Shown: one piece after another, positions 7,672 through 16,683 of the stretch
Position numbering within the stretch: position 1 is the stretch's first letter
Layout: every line of letters begins with the position of its first letter
Assembly: GCA_038203935.1 (NCBI GenBank)
Contig: JBBRDM010000103.1
Span: 1-19,300, forward strand
Direction: 5' to 3'
DNA: 19,300 bases
Source: Chthonomonadales bacterium
GTDB taxonomy: Bacteria > Armatimonadota > Chthonomonadetes > Chthonomonadales > Chthonomonadaceae
Notes under the pieces: model-generated
Told to the model about the DNA's origin: nothing
Seen by the model: the letters and a program-made list of their open reading frames with translations, nothing else
Database searches by the model: none
Made by a program: the position numbers and the translations under genes

Positions 7672-8253
7672 TTGGTTTTGAATACAGATCAGATACATGC
7701 ACTCTTTGTAAATTCTGGCGCCCATTTAAAAGGGCATTTTCGCCTTTCATCGGGGAGGCACAGTGCAGAATACTGGGAGAAATTTCGAGTTTTACAGCGT
7801 CCCGCGGATGTCCAGATACTATGTGCGGTAATCGCTGAAAAATTCCGTAATGATAATATCGAAATTGTTTTAGGCCCCACTACAGGCGGGATTATTCTAG
7901 CTTTTGAGACTGCTCGCCAGCTTGGAATCCCTGCTCTCTATGCTGAGAAGGATGCTGGTGAAAGACTGCTTCGACGAGGCCAAAAGCTGCCTGCCGGAAC
8001 GCGTGTACTTATCGTGGACGATATTATGACGATGGGCGGTGCCGTTCGTGAATGCATAGGTCTGGCAGAGAAGCACTCTGCCACTATTGTAGGGGCTGCA
8101 GTGCTCGTCGACAGAAGCGGCGGTAAAACAGAACTTGGCTATCGGCAGGAAGCACTGCTGACAGTGGAAGCGGAAACGTATGCTGCAGACGATTGCCCGC
8201 TCTGCCGCGACAATATACCCATGACGGAACCAGGCAGCAGCTATCTCAAATAA
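7672..8253 (+). CDS. pyrE: Orotate phosphoribosyltransferase (pyrimidine biosynthesis)
   Basis: GHFRLSSGRHSAEYWEKFRVLQRP is the diagnostic OPRTase N-motif. The PRPP-binding loop VLIVDDIMTMGGAV is present. AAGGAGA at 7664-7670. The ORF starts at TTG 7672, but a TTG at 7678 has better SD spacing (7 nt), so the start may be 6 nt downstream. Confidence 0.9.
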   Translation: MVLNTDQIHALFVNSGAHLKGHFRLSSGRHSAEYWEKFRVLQRPADVQILCAVIAEKFRNDNIEIVLGPTTGGIILAFETARQLGIPALYAEKDAGERLLRRGQKLPAGTRVLIVDDIMTMGGAVRECIGLAEKHSATIVGAAVLVDRSGGKTELGYRQEALLTVEAETYAADDCPLCRDNIPMTEPGSSYLK

Positions 8254-8297
8254 ATTCCCTATTCAATAAGTAGTAAGCAATTATCAGGAGAAGATCA

Positions 8298-11200
8298 TTG
8301 AAGAATGTTAGTTATGCATTTTTGAGTTTACTTCTAGTGTTCTCGTACCCTAAGCAAGCCGGCACTGCCGAAGAAAAAGTGATGCTCGTCACGAAAGCCC
8401 TCGCAGGACAGAGCGTGCGATATAAATCGGTATCGAATCTGGTTCTGACAAGCGAGGGCAGAAAAGTAAATTTCGACGCCACTGAAATTGAGAAGGCTAC
8501 CTTTACCAGTATACTGCCTAACGGGAACGTCGTGACAGAGCATGTAACGGAGTCCTCTGAAGCTTCGATAAATGGTAATAAGCTGCCGGACAGTAATGAG
8601 CCCAAATCAACAACAACGATTACGGTAAGCCCGGATGGTTCGCTTGTCTCCTACAAAACTACCGGCAAAGAAGCGGAAGAAACCAAGGCCCAGGCCAGGC
8701 TGTACCCGGTAGGCACGGCAATATTCAGCGATAAACCGGTAGGAATTGGCGATAAATGGTCAAAAATAGTAAAATCAGATTCGGATATTGGCCTGCACGG
8801 CGCTAAAGCCGATTTCGAAGTCGTTGGGATGGAGAAGTTGGGTGGTATCGACACAGTCAAGATCAAAGAAGATTACGCTGAGACCGATGCGGCTCCGATT
8901 ATCACCGCACATAGTATTATTTGGATCGAGAAATCATCGGGAGATCAGCTGGCAAGCGACACAACTGTTGAAAACCTTCCATTTGGCGGCGCGATGGCTA
9001 TCGGTAAAATTCATGCTGAGCGCATTGATGGGAGCCCTTTAGGTGAAGTTAAGCCTGTGGATATCAAAAACACAGGTAAACCGGGCGATAAAAAGCCTGA
9101 TGCCAAACCGGAACCCAAAAAAGAGAAAACAATTGATGAAGTCGTAAAAGACTACGAGAAGATTGCAGGGCTGTTTACCATCTATAAGAAAAAAGAGAAT
9201 GGCCGCGATACGATTTATATGGAAATCAAGGAATCGATACTCGATAAAATGCTCCTGATGGAGGTCACCGCAAGCACAGGAAATTCCTCACAGATTGTAG
9301 CCGGCGATCCCATCAACGATATTCTATTCAAATTCAATAAGCTGGGCGATGATAAGTTACAGATCGTCGTTCCGAATATACATTTCAAGGCGGAGGATAA
9401 ATCGCCAACCGCGCGGGCAGTACGTCGTTCTTTTGCCGACGGTATCCTCGAATCGTTCAAAATAGAAGGTGTACAGGCTGATCGTAAAAGCGTCTTGATC
9501 AATGTAACCGATCTATTCAAAGGCGATATCGCCGAGATTAGTTCCCAGCTTTCCGGGCCATTTGGCGGTGGATATATTCTGGACCGCGAGAAGACTTATT
9601 TAGAGCAGATCAAAAGTTTTCCTGAAAACTTAGTAGTCCAGACCTACTATCACTTCATGAAGGGTGGAGGAGGACAGGGTGGAATTGGGGCGCTCTTTGG
9701 CGGCGGCGAGGACGTCTCTGCAGATCACAGAAGCCTTCCATTCAAAGTAGTCTATACACTATTTCCACTGCCTGAAAAAGGGTATAGACCACGACTGGCC
9801 GATTCACGCATCGGATATTTCCTGACTGACTATCAGGATTTTAACATCACCGATAAATCGGATACCAAAGTTCGATATATTTACCGCTGGGATCTGCAGA
9901 AGAAAGATCCCAAAGCGGCGATGTCCGAGCCAGTTCAGCCTATTGTGTTCTGGCTGGATAATGCGATTCCCGTCGATTACCGCGATGCAGTACGAAATGG
10001 ACTGCTTTTCTGGAATAAAGCTTTTGAGAAAATTGGCATCCGAAACGCTATCGTCGTTAACCAGATGCCAGATAATGCGGACTGGGATCACGCAGATATG
10101 CGCTATAACACTATTCGCTGGGTGGCATCGCCAGGAGCAGGATATGCAGTCGCTTTGGTACGGCATGATCCGCTTACAGGCCAGATTCTCAACGCGAATA
10201 TTACTGTCGACATCAACTACACCCGATATATGCAGATCGAGCGGTCCAAGATTGTCGATCCAGCTATGAGCTTCGCAGATCCCGATCCAATTATCAAACT
10301 CTCATCCAGCCCGGCCAAATGTGAATTTGGAAAAGGCATGATGGAACAGGCATATTTTGGTAATATGGCTCTTTCAATGCTGGGAGGCCAGGGGTATAAA
10401 CTCGATGAGAAAGCCTATCTCAAATCCTTCATTCAGGAGCTGGTTTCCCACGAAATGGGCCATGTGATGGGCTTACGGCATAACTTTATTGCCAGCATGT
10501 ACCACACTCCCGAAGAGATGTCGAACGGGCCGCTGATTCGCGATACAGGAACGGCATCCTCTGTTATGGACTATACGCCATTCAACATCTATGCCATCAA
10601 ACATAAAAATGTCGATTACTTCATGCCGACCGTCGGTCCATACGATCTTTGGGCTATTCAGTACGGCTATACTCCGATTGAAGCAAAAACTTCTCAAGGC
10701 GAGCTGTATAAACTGAACGAAATTGCTTCGAAAGATAACGAACCAGGCCATCGTTATGAAAGTGATGAGATCGCTGACCAGTTCGATCCGGAAGTAACCC
10801 GTTACGACCTGACCAGTGATCCGCTGGCTTACTTCACGAAGACTTCAGAACTTTCCAGATATCTCCTGCTCAACCTGGACAAACGAGTTCCGAAACAGGG
10901 TGACAGCTACATAGAGTTTACGCACGATTTCTTCAACTTGCTATCGTGGTATGCCCGCAGCATTTCGTTCGCAAGCCGCTATATTGGCGGTGTGACGGTG
11001 AACCGAAGCCATCATGGTGATCCGGGTGAAAAGCCCAATCTTGCACCGGTAAGCGCTGCGGATCAGAAACGAGCATTGGTGATGCTGAATACCTATATCT
11101 TCTCGGAAGGCGCATTTGCGCTGCCAAAATCGTATTTTGGTAAACTGGCCCAGGAGCCGTACGATTTCGCTCCGGCGAACACATTCCCAATGCTGGATCA

Positions 11201-11693
11201 GTTTACGGCAGTTCAAACCGGCGCACTAAGGAGAATATTTGGAGCGGCTGTTCTCTCTCGAATTCAGAATAACGAATATAGAGTGAGTGATCCCTCCCAG
11301 GCATTCACTCTCCCCTATCTCTATCATTCGGTGGGGCAAAACGTCTGGGCGGAACTCGCGAACAAGAAGAACATCAGCGTGCTCAGAAGGGCTCTTCAGC
11401 GAAGCCACCTAGAGCTGATGATCAATCAGTTCCTGGGCCAGGCTTCTGGTACGCCTGACGATGCGCGTGTTCTGGCGTGGCAGCAGCTTCGTAATTTGAA
11501 AAGCTCCATTACCGTTGCCAGTCGCCAGGGCAAATATGATGAGTATACTCAACTGCATCTGGAAGATTCACTCATGAGAATCAATAGAGCGCTGGAAGCG
11601 AAACAGACTATCGGCGGCAGCAGTGGAGGTCGTCAGTTGACGCTGCGTGAGTTATTGGGCGCATCTGAACAGCAGCCTGCACTCACAAAATAG
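8298..11693 (+). CDS. Large secreted zinc metalloprotease of the metzincin type (DUF5117/DUF4953-like), with ~270-aa N-terminal extension and K/P-rich linker
   Basis: TTG at 8298 with AGGAGAAG at 8286-8293. Signal peptide MKNVSYAFLSLLLVFSYPKQAGTA. HExxHxxGxxH is present as SHEMGHVMGLRHNF (HEMGH codons ~10449-10463), followed by an SSVMDY Met-turn. GLFTIYKKKENG...IYMEI matches the start of DUF5117-type proteases. The linker reads KPGDKKPDAKPEPKKEK. Length 1131 aa. Confidence 0.88.
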   Translation: MKNVSYAFLSLLLVFSYPKQAGTAEEKVMLVTKALAGQSVRYKSVSNLVLTSEGRKVNFDATEIEKATFTSILPNGNVVTEHVTESSEASINGNKLPDSNEPKSTTTITVSPDGSLVSYKTTGKEAEETKAQARLYPVGTAIFSDKPVGIGDKWSKIVKSDSDIGLHGAKADFEVVGMEKLGGIDTVKIKEDYAETDAAPIITAHSIIWIEKSSGDQLASDTTVENLPFGGAMAIGKIHAERIDGSPLGEVKPVDIKNTGKPGDKKPDAKPEPKKEKTIDEVVKDYEKIAGLFTIYKKKENGRDTIYMEIKESILDKMLLMEVTASTGNSSQIVAGDPINDILFKFNKLGDDKLQIVVPNIHFKAEDKSPTARAVRRSFADGILESFKIEGVQADRKSVLINVTDLFKGDIAEISSQLSGPFGGGYILDREKTYLEQIKSFPENLVVQTYYHFMKGGGGQGGIGALFGGGEDVSADHRSLPFKVVYTLFPLPEKGYRPRLADSRIGYFLTDYQDFNITDKSDTKVRYIYRWDLQKKDPKAAMSEPVQPIVFWLDNAIPVDYRDAVRNGLLFWNKAFEKIGIRNAIVVNQMPDNADWDHADMRYNTIRWVASPGAGYAVALVRHDPLTGQILNANITVDINYTRYMQIERSKIVDPAMSFADPDPIIKLSSSPAKCEFGKGMMEQAYFGNMALSMLGGQGYKLDEKAYLKSFIQELVSHEMGHVMGLRHNFIASMYHTPEEMSNGPLIRDTGTASSVMDYTPFNIYAIKHKNVDYFMPTVGPYDLWAIQYGYTPIEAKTSQGELYKLNEIASKDNEPGHRYESDEIADQFDPEVTRYDLTSDPLAYFTKTSELSRYLLLNLDKRVPKQGDSYIEFTHDFFNLLSWYARSISFASRYIGGVTVNRSHHGDPGEKPNLAPVSAADQKRALVMLNTYIFSEGAFALPKSYFGKLAQEPYDFAPANTFPMLDQFTAVQTGALRRIFGAAVLSRIQNNEYRVSDPSQAFTLPYLYHSVGQNVWAELANKKNISVLRRALQRSHLELMINQFLGQASGTPDDARVLAWQQLRNLKSSITVASRQGKYDEYTQLHLEDSLMRINRALEAKQTIGGSSGGRQLTLRELLGASEQQPALTK

Positions 11694-11870
11694 GTTGTAC
11701 CATGAACCTTTCCCTTCTCCCAGCACAGTTCGTTCCTTGCCAGAGAGAAGGGAGATTAAATCGACCAATTTTGCTTCTTAGTTCCGACTTCAATTTGAAA
11801 GCTATTAGTGTATTACTTGCTTCCCTTATCCGTCCGATATACGAGGGAATCACGGAGAATTGCATATTCA

Positions 11871-11921
11871 TCACCAACCCCCGCTTCAGAACTGTAGTAA
11901 TTCTTAGGCGGGGGTTGATGA
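11871..11921. terminator. GC-rich hairpin between convergent genes (candidate intrinsic terminator for the metalloprotease gene, possibly bidirectional)
   Basis: A 10-bp perfect stem caacccccgc (11875-11884) pairs with gcgggggttg (11908-11917) around a 23-nt loop, extendable to 13/14 bp. On the plus strand it is followed by auuacuaucgcuucuuuucc (moderately U-rich). It sits 180 nt past the metalloprotease stop and ~100 nt past the flotillin stop on the other strand. Confidence 0.35.
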
Positions 11922-12020
11922 TTACTATCGCTTCTTTTCCGTTAGAATATTTGAAGCAGTGGCGAGAATACAGTTAGTTTTTTATGGTATTTGTTACAAC
12001 TCGGAATGGCTTATTTGAAA

Positions 12021-14030
12021 CTACTTTTTTACAGTCTCCGAATTATTTAGCCCCGATGAATTTTTGACAGGCTTGATCGCAATCGTTTCCGTGCTGTTTA
12101 TTGCAGTCTTTAGAGCGTTGAGGAACGCCGGATTATCTGCCAGTGATGCAGCCATTTGCTGCATCTGATCTTCTTTCATTGGGGTGCTATCCTTACCCAG
12201 CGCCTTACTTAATGCTGGTTGGATGAGCGCACCGAGCTGACCCAGCAGCAGCCCCGTTCCATTAGATTCTGCAGAACCTGACTCCCCGTTATTTCCCTGC
12301 GGCCCAGTCACAAATCCTTCGATCATATTCCTCAGCCCAAAACCTTTTGACATATTATCCATCATGGTAGTTGCTGTCTCAGGAGTGCCATACAAGGTCA
12401 TGTGCCCATTCGAGAGGAAGCTGGCCATTGCTCTGGCGAACTCCATCTGAACATCCCTGTCTGCCTGAATAGTGAGTTTCTGCACCTCCAACTGTATACC
12501 GGCCTGAGCAAATTCCTGCCTGTTTTCCAGCTGCTGACGCTCTACTTGAACTTTTGCCTGCTCCACATTCACCTGTTCACGAGCAACCTCAACAGCAACC
12601 ATCTGCTCGGCCTTTGAACCGCGCGCGCTCATCTCCTTTGCCTGCGCCTCCGCTTCTGCAAGCTGTTTACGCGCCTCTGCCTGCTGGAGAGCCGCATCCC
12701 TCTCAGCGTCAGCGTTCTTGATTCGAGTATAGGCCTCCACATCTGCGCCAGTCTGGGCACGCAGTTTATCCTGCTCGATCTGCTGCCGTGCGGCGATCAG
12801 TTTCTTATTGGCTTCTCGCTCTGCTTCAGCCAGCTGTGTAACTGTGGTAACCTGCTGACTTGCACGTTCCCGCTCCGCTGCCGCTTTCAGAGTCTCCTCT
12901 TCAGCCTTGGCGCGTGCCGTCTCCTGTACTGCCACTGCGATCTCTTTTTGCCGTTCGGCTACCGAGACACCCTGTTCCCGTTCTACAGTTGCCATCTGCA
13001 CCTGTTGATCCTTATGGATCTGTGCCGTTTGAACCGCCTGCTCCGAAAGCGCGCGTGCCAGTTCAACGGCCTGCTGACGGTCGATCTCCTGCTCCTGAAG
13101 CTGCTTCTCTTTTTCTATTCGGGCGAGAGCAATCTGTCGTTCCTGAGTGATGACCGCCTCCTGAGATTCCCTATCCTGATCAGCCCGTACTTTGGCAATC
13201 TCGGAAGCCTGCTTCGCTTCCGCCTCTGCCTGCTGACGCTCTAATTGGAGAATCTGCTGTCGGGTTTCAACATCTTTGAGCTTCCGTGAATGCTCCGCCT
13301 CACGTTCCAAATTGTTGCGCTCTACTGCCGCCGCAGCGGTGATCGCCGTGATTTTACGTTTCCCCTGCGCATCAAAGACATTGTTATCACTAAGTTCCGC
13401 GGGGTCGGTCTGATCGAGTTCGGAGATGGTCACTGATTCCAGCAGCAGGCCGTTCGATTCCAGATCCAGCTTCACATGCTCTTTGACACGCTCGGCAAAT
13501 TCATCTCGTTTCGTATGAATCTCGATTAGATCCATCTGAGATGCGATAGCCCGCAAAGCAGATACCAGCTTTTCACTTACCAGCGCTTCAACAGTTTCCG
13601 CGTTGACACTGTTCTGCCCCAGTGAACGGGCGGCATTTAGAATGTGTTCCATATCTGCCTGAACACGGATGTAAAATTGAGCCAGCACATTTGCTCTCAG
13701 ATTATCCCGTGTAATGAGCGCATTCTGGCCCTTCGGGTTTACCCCGAGTTTCATCGTGCGCAGATTTATCTCCAGAACATTATGGAGAAAGGGAATAACC
13801 CGCATGCCGCCATCCAAAACGACAGTACTCCCCCCTGCGCCAGTTCGAACAAAAGCCTGATCGGCAGATGTTTTACGATACAGTGAAGCGAGTGTGGCGC
13901 CGACTCCTGTCGCTATAAATATCAGCCCTGCTAGATCGATAGAGACACGCACAGCAAAGGGAAAGGCCCCATCCAGAAGACCGAAAAAGAGCGCAATAAT
14001 TCCAAGCACCACTAAAAATAGTCCTGACAT
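12021..14030 (-). CDS. Flotillin-family SPFH/band-7 membrane protein (YqiK/FloT-like) with long Glu/Ala/Gln-rich coiled coil
   Basis: ATG at 14030-14028 with GGAGG 6 nt upstream. N-terminal TM MSGLFLVVLGIIALFFGLL is followed by an SPFH core (VRTGAGGSTVV...GMRVIPFLHNVLEINLRTMKLGV...NALITRDNLRANV...) and then ~300 aa of EA/EQ-repeat coiled coil. Length 669 aa. Confidence 0.92.
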   Translation of the reverse strand: MSGLFLVVLGIIALFFGLLDGAFPFAVRVSIDLAGLIFIATGVGATLASLYRKTSADQAFVRTGAGGSTVVLDGGMRVIPFLHNVLEINLRTMKLGVNPKGQNALITRDNLRANVLAQFYIRVQADMEHILNAARSLGQNSVNAETVEALVSEKLVSALRAIASQMDLIEIHTKRDEFAERVKEHVKLDLESNGLLLESVTISELDQTDPAELSDNNVFDAQGKRKITAITAAAAVERNNLEREAEHSRKLKDVETRQQILQLERQQAEAEAKQASEIAKVRADQDRESQEAVITQERQIALARIEKEKQLQEQEIDRQQAVELARALSEQAVQTAQIHKDQQVQMATVEREQGVSVAERQKEIAVAVQETARAKAEEETLKAAAERERASQQVTTVTQLAEAEREANKKLIAARQQIEQDKLRAQTGADVEAYTRIKNADAERDAALQQAEARKQLAEAEAQAKEMSARGSKAEQMVAVEVAREQVNVEQAKVQVERQQLENRQEFAQAGIQLEVQKLTIQADRDVQMEFARAMASFLSNGHMTLYGTPETATTMMDNMSKGFGLRNMIEGFVTGPQGNNGESGSAESNGTGLLLGQLGALIQPALSKALGKDSTPMKEDQMQQMAASLADNPAFLNALKTAINSTETIAIKPVKNSSGLNNSETVKK

Positions 14031-14072
14031 AATATTCCTCCATTGGGTAGTCAGTTATAACGAGTGAGTTAC

Positions 14073-14828
14073 TTATTTTCCAGGAACTTCTTCAACCAGA
14101 AACTTTTGATCTGAGTCGAGATCAAGAATAATCGCCTGTGCTCCTTTCTCAATAGAGGACTGTCCTTCGCGAATCCTACAGCTCTCATCATGCAGCGTTC
14201 CATACTGATCATAAATCTGGATCCGCCCGGTTGTTTCCGTCACCTTGAAAGCAACACTTCCGACCAGCCCGAAGAGCGAGTTACGGGACTGATCCAAACT
14301 TTCGTCTTTGGGCAGTAACCTGTTGATCATTTCCGCTGTGATTCTTGCCCCGATCAACCCTACAATGCCTGCTGCGAAAATGGAGCGCAGAATATCCTTA
14401 GGAGTAGGTTCAGCAGTGTGGATCAGATACTGATTGCTCAGAAAACCTGCGATCCCCCAGAACAGTGCAAAAGCTTCTGCAAGAAGTAGCATGGGAGCTT
14501 TGTCCAAACCCGTGATATTCAGTATGAAGTTGTACGTGATAGTGCCGCCATTTTTGGTATTTGTATTCTGTCTGCTGGCGCTGTGCTTAACTGTTTTTGC
14601 TGCAGACTGATGGCGGTTTCTAGTTGTTGTTCCATGCGACGGTGAATGTAATTTTACTGCGCTGGCAGAGTGGTTATGATGGCCCGCAGAATGTCCTCCA
14701 TGTGCCTGATGTCCTCCCCGAGCTCTACCCGGCCGCATAACGGTGAAGAGTAATAGTAATGCTGCAATGCTACAGGGCGCTAAAAATAACATGTTTTGCC
14801 AGCTAAATACGCTAATCTGTAATATCAC
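14073..14828 (-). CDS. NfeD-family (YqiJ/YuaF-like) membrane protein partner of flotillin, with an unusual His-rich insert
   Basis: GTG at 14828-14826 with AAAGGAG 9 nt upstream. TM helices are followed by a C-terminal OB-fold-like segment GLVGSVAFKVTETTGRIQIYDQYGTLHDESCRIREGQSSIEKGAQAIILDLDSDQKFLVEE. Its stop lies 42 nt before the flotillin start, the canonical nfeD-floT order. The insert reads GGHQAHGGHSAGHHNHSASAVKLHSPSHGTTTRNRHQ. Confidence 0.75.
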   Translation of the reverse strand: MILQISVFSWQNMLFLAPCSIAALLLLFTVMRPGRARGGHQAHGGHSAGHHNHSASAVKLHSPSHGTTTRNRHQSAAKTVKHSASRQNTNTKNGGTITYNFILNITGLDKAPMLLLAEAFALFWGIAGFLSNQYLIHTAEPTPKDILRSIFAAGIVGLIGARITAEMINRLLPKDESLDQSRNSLFGLVGSVAFKVTETTGRIQIYDQYGTLHDESCRIREGQSSIEKGAQAIILDLDSDQKFLVEEVPGK

Positions 14829-15168
14829 ATTAACACACTCCTTTCATGCTTCTAGTGTCTTTATAAGATTTCATTATCTTACATTGATACTACTGCCTGC
14901 TGATTCACAAAAGGTTCACTATTTATTTAAATTACAAAAAATATATTAGAATGTATAAAAACGGAAGAATCTGAGGATCTATTTCGTGTTGGCGGGTGAA
15001 TATTGCCAGCATCAACATGTTTCGGAAGGTTGCCATGAATAACTGGCGCCGAATACGATGATAAAGATGCAGTATAATATTTATTGATGAGAAACGAAAA
15101 TGGTGACAGGCTATATCAGATTTAAGGGGCAGAATAAAGCAAAACAGAGGGTGTGAATTAGTTGTAGT

Positions 15169-16515
15169 TTATACTTCCCAGCTGCGGGGATCGGGCAGGT
15201 TTGCGCGTTTCAGATACTCTGGCCAGCGACGGCCAAGTGTAATTTCCTGAGTTTTGAGGGGATCTTCGCTGCGGCCAAATGCCGATAAGTGATCAATAAT
15301 CCAAGCCTCTAGTTCCGCTTCCATACTATCTGCAATTTCTGATTGTGCTTCTGCGATATTAGTTAATTCGTTGGGATCATTAATTAAATCGTACAGTTCA
15401 CGGCGGGGCATGCCATGATAATCAGGTTTGCGGGATAGTATGAGTTTCATTGTTTCGCTTCTGAGCGACCATTTCGACTGCCAGGTGTTTTCACAGCAGA
15501 TGATTTTCTCATAGCCGCCTTCAGTGGCAGCGCCTGTTGCCAAGGGCCACAAACTCTGGCCTTCAAGGCTGGGGGGCTGCTTCGCATTGGCAGCTTCGAG
15601 CATCGTGGGCGCGATGTCGAGATGCTGGACCATCGGTTTGACTCGAACACCGGCTGGAATTGTCCCCTGCATTTGCATGATCAACGGCACATGAATCACA
15701 TCGTCATAAAGTCCATGGTGATCGAAATAGATGTCGTGGCTGGTGAGGCTCTCACCATGGTCGCCCGTGAGAACGATGAGCGTGTCCTCTGCCAACCCTA
15801 AATCATCGACCGCCTGGATAATCTCGGCAATGCCGTCATCCACGCGTCTGATCTCTGCATCGTAGAGCGAGGAGATATAGTCGGCATCGGTGATGTTACC
15901 CAGCTTGTTGAACCAGATATCACCGAACATCTCCCAGAAGGGCTGTTTCTTAATGGGTTCGAAGGAGGTGAACTCCGACGAACAGGGATTTTTATCCGGC
16001 GGGTAGAAGGTACGATATTTAGTTGGCGGCAGGTAAGGAGTGTGCGGTTCCCAGTAGTGCAGAAATAAGAAAAACTGTTCGCTGGCGTGCGACTTCAGCC
16101 AGGGAATGGCGCGCGCATTGATCTGATCGCATGAAACCAGCAGCCGGAGCTTGTGCCGGAACGATGGGTTGATGTAGTACTCATATCCGCGTGCTAGCCA
16201 GGGCTTGATATCGTAGAGGTTATCAACTGCGGCAGTAGTGAACCCGGCCCCCTGCATCATCTCGGGAAGCACAGGGATTTTACGATCTAAATCTACCTGC
16301 CCGCCATGACAGACGATATTGTGCGTGATGGGGTGCAGACCGGTGAACATGGTGGTGTGCGCGGGTGTGGTAGGGATGCCGGGAGCGAAGCATCGCTCGA
16401 ACAGGGCGCCTTCACTTGCTAGTTTATCGATAGAGGGACTGGTGGGTTTGTCGCAGCCATAACATCCGAGACGCGTTGCCCGGAGGGTGTCGATGACAAT
16501 AAAGATTATATTCAT
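15169..16515 (-). CDS. Sulfatase-fold (alkaline-phosphatase superfamily, arylsulfatase-like) hydrolase, cytoplasmic, with non-canonical active-site motif
   Basis: The protein starts directly at the metal-binding segment MNIIFIVIDTLRATRLGCYGCDKPTSPSIDKLASEGALFERCF, which matches the sulfatase blocks D..R..GCYG..TPNIDRLA.EG..F. GDHGESL is present. The FGly signature C-x-P-x-R reads TTPAH (plus ~16352-16383). No signal peptide. Length 448 aa. Confidence 0.88.
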   Translation of the reverse strand: MNIIFIVIDTLRATRLGCYGCDKPTSPSIDKLASEGALFERCFAPGIPTTPAHTTMFTGLHPITHNIVCHGGQVDLDRKIPVLPEMMQGAGFTTAAVDNLYDIKPWLARGYEYYINPSFRHKLRLLVSCDQINARAIPWLKSHASEQFFLFLHYWEPHTPYLPPTKYRTFYPPDKNPCSSEFTSFEPIKKQPFWEMFGDIWFNKLGNITDADYISSLYDAEIRRVDDGIAEIIQAVDDLGLAEDTLIVLTGDHGESLTSHDIYFDHHGLYDDVIHVPLIMQMQGTIPAGVRVKPMVQHLDIAPTMLEAANAKQPPSLEGQSLWPLATGAATEGGYEKIICCENTWQSKWSLRSETMKLILSRKPDYHGMPRRELYDLINDPNELTNIAEAQSEIADSMEAELEAWIIDHLSAFGRSEDPLKTQEITLGRRWPEYLKRANLPDPRSWEV

Positions 16516-16683
16516 AAATTGGATGGGATGACCTTACCACCTGCCTCCTCTTCTTACAATTCGCTGGTAAGTTCGTGGAAAAGGAGATGTCCAGATAGTA
16601 AGGCTTTCGGTTAATTTGTTAATCTGTTGTTCAGATACGTTTGCCCCTCCTCCCAAATAAGGAGAAGGGATGAGAAGCGGCTC

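Noticed and set aside
11702-11977. 91-aa ORF in the metalloprotease/flotillin intergenic gap
   Set aside because: It has no SD, its ATG overlaps the upstream stop region, and the composition of the translation is odd. The region is better explained as a structured non-coding 3' region (see the hairpin feature).
12860-13244. Two overlapping plus-strand ORFs (96 and 98 aa) antisense to flotillin
   Set aside because: They arise from the repetitive GCn/GAn codons of the flotillin coiled-coil region. The translations are low-complexity (P/L-rich) and neither has an RBS.
12600-13400. Flotillin EA/EQ-rich segment as a possible DNA-level tandem repeat
   Set aside because: The repetition is at the protein heptad level, the usual flotillin coiled coil. 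The underlying nucleotide sequence is degenerate and not a true tandem DNA repeat.
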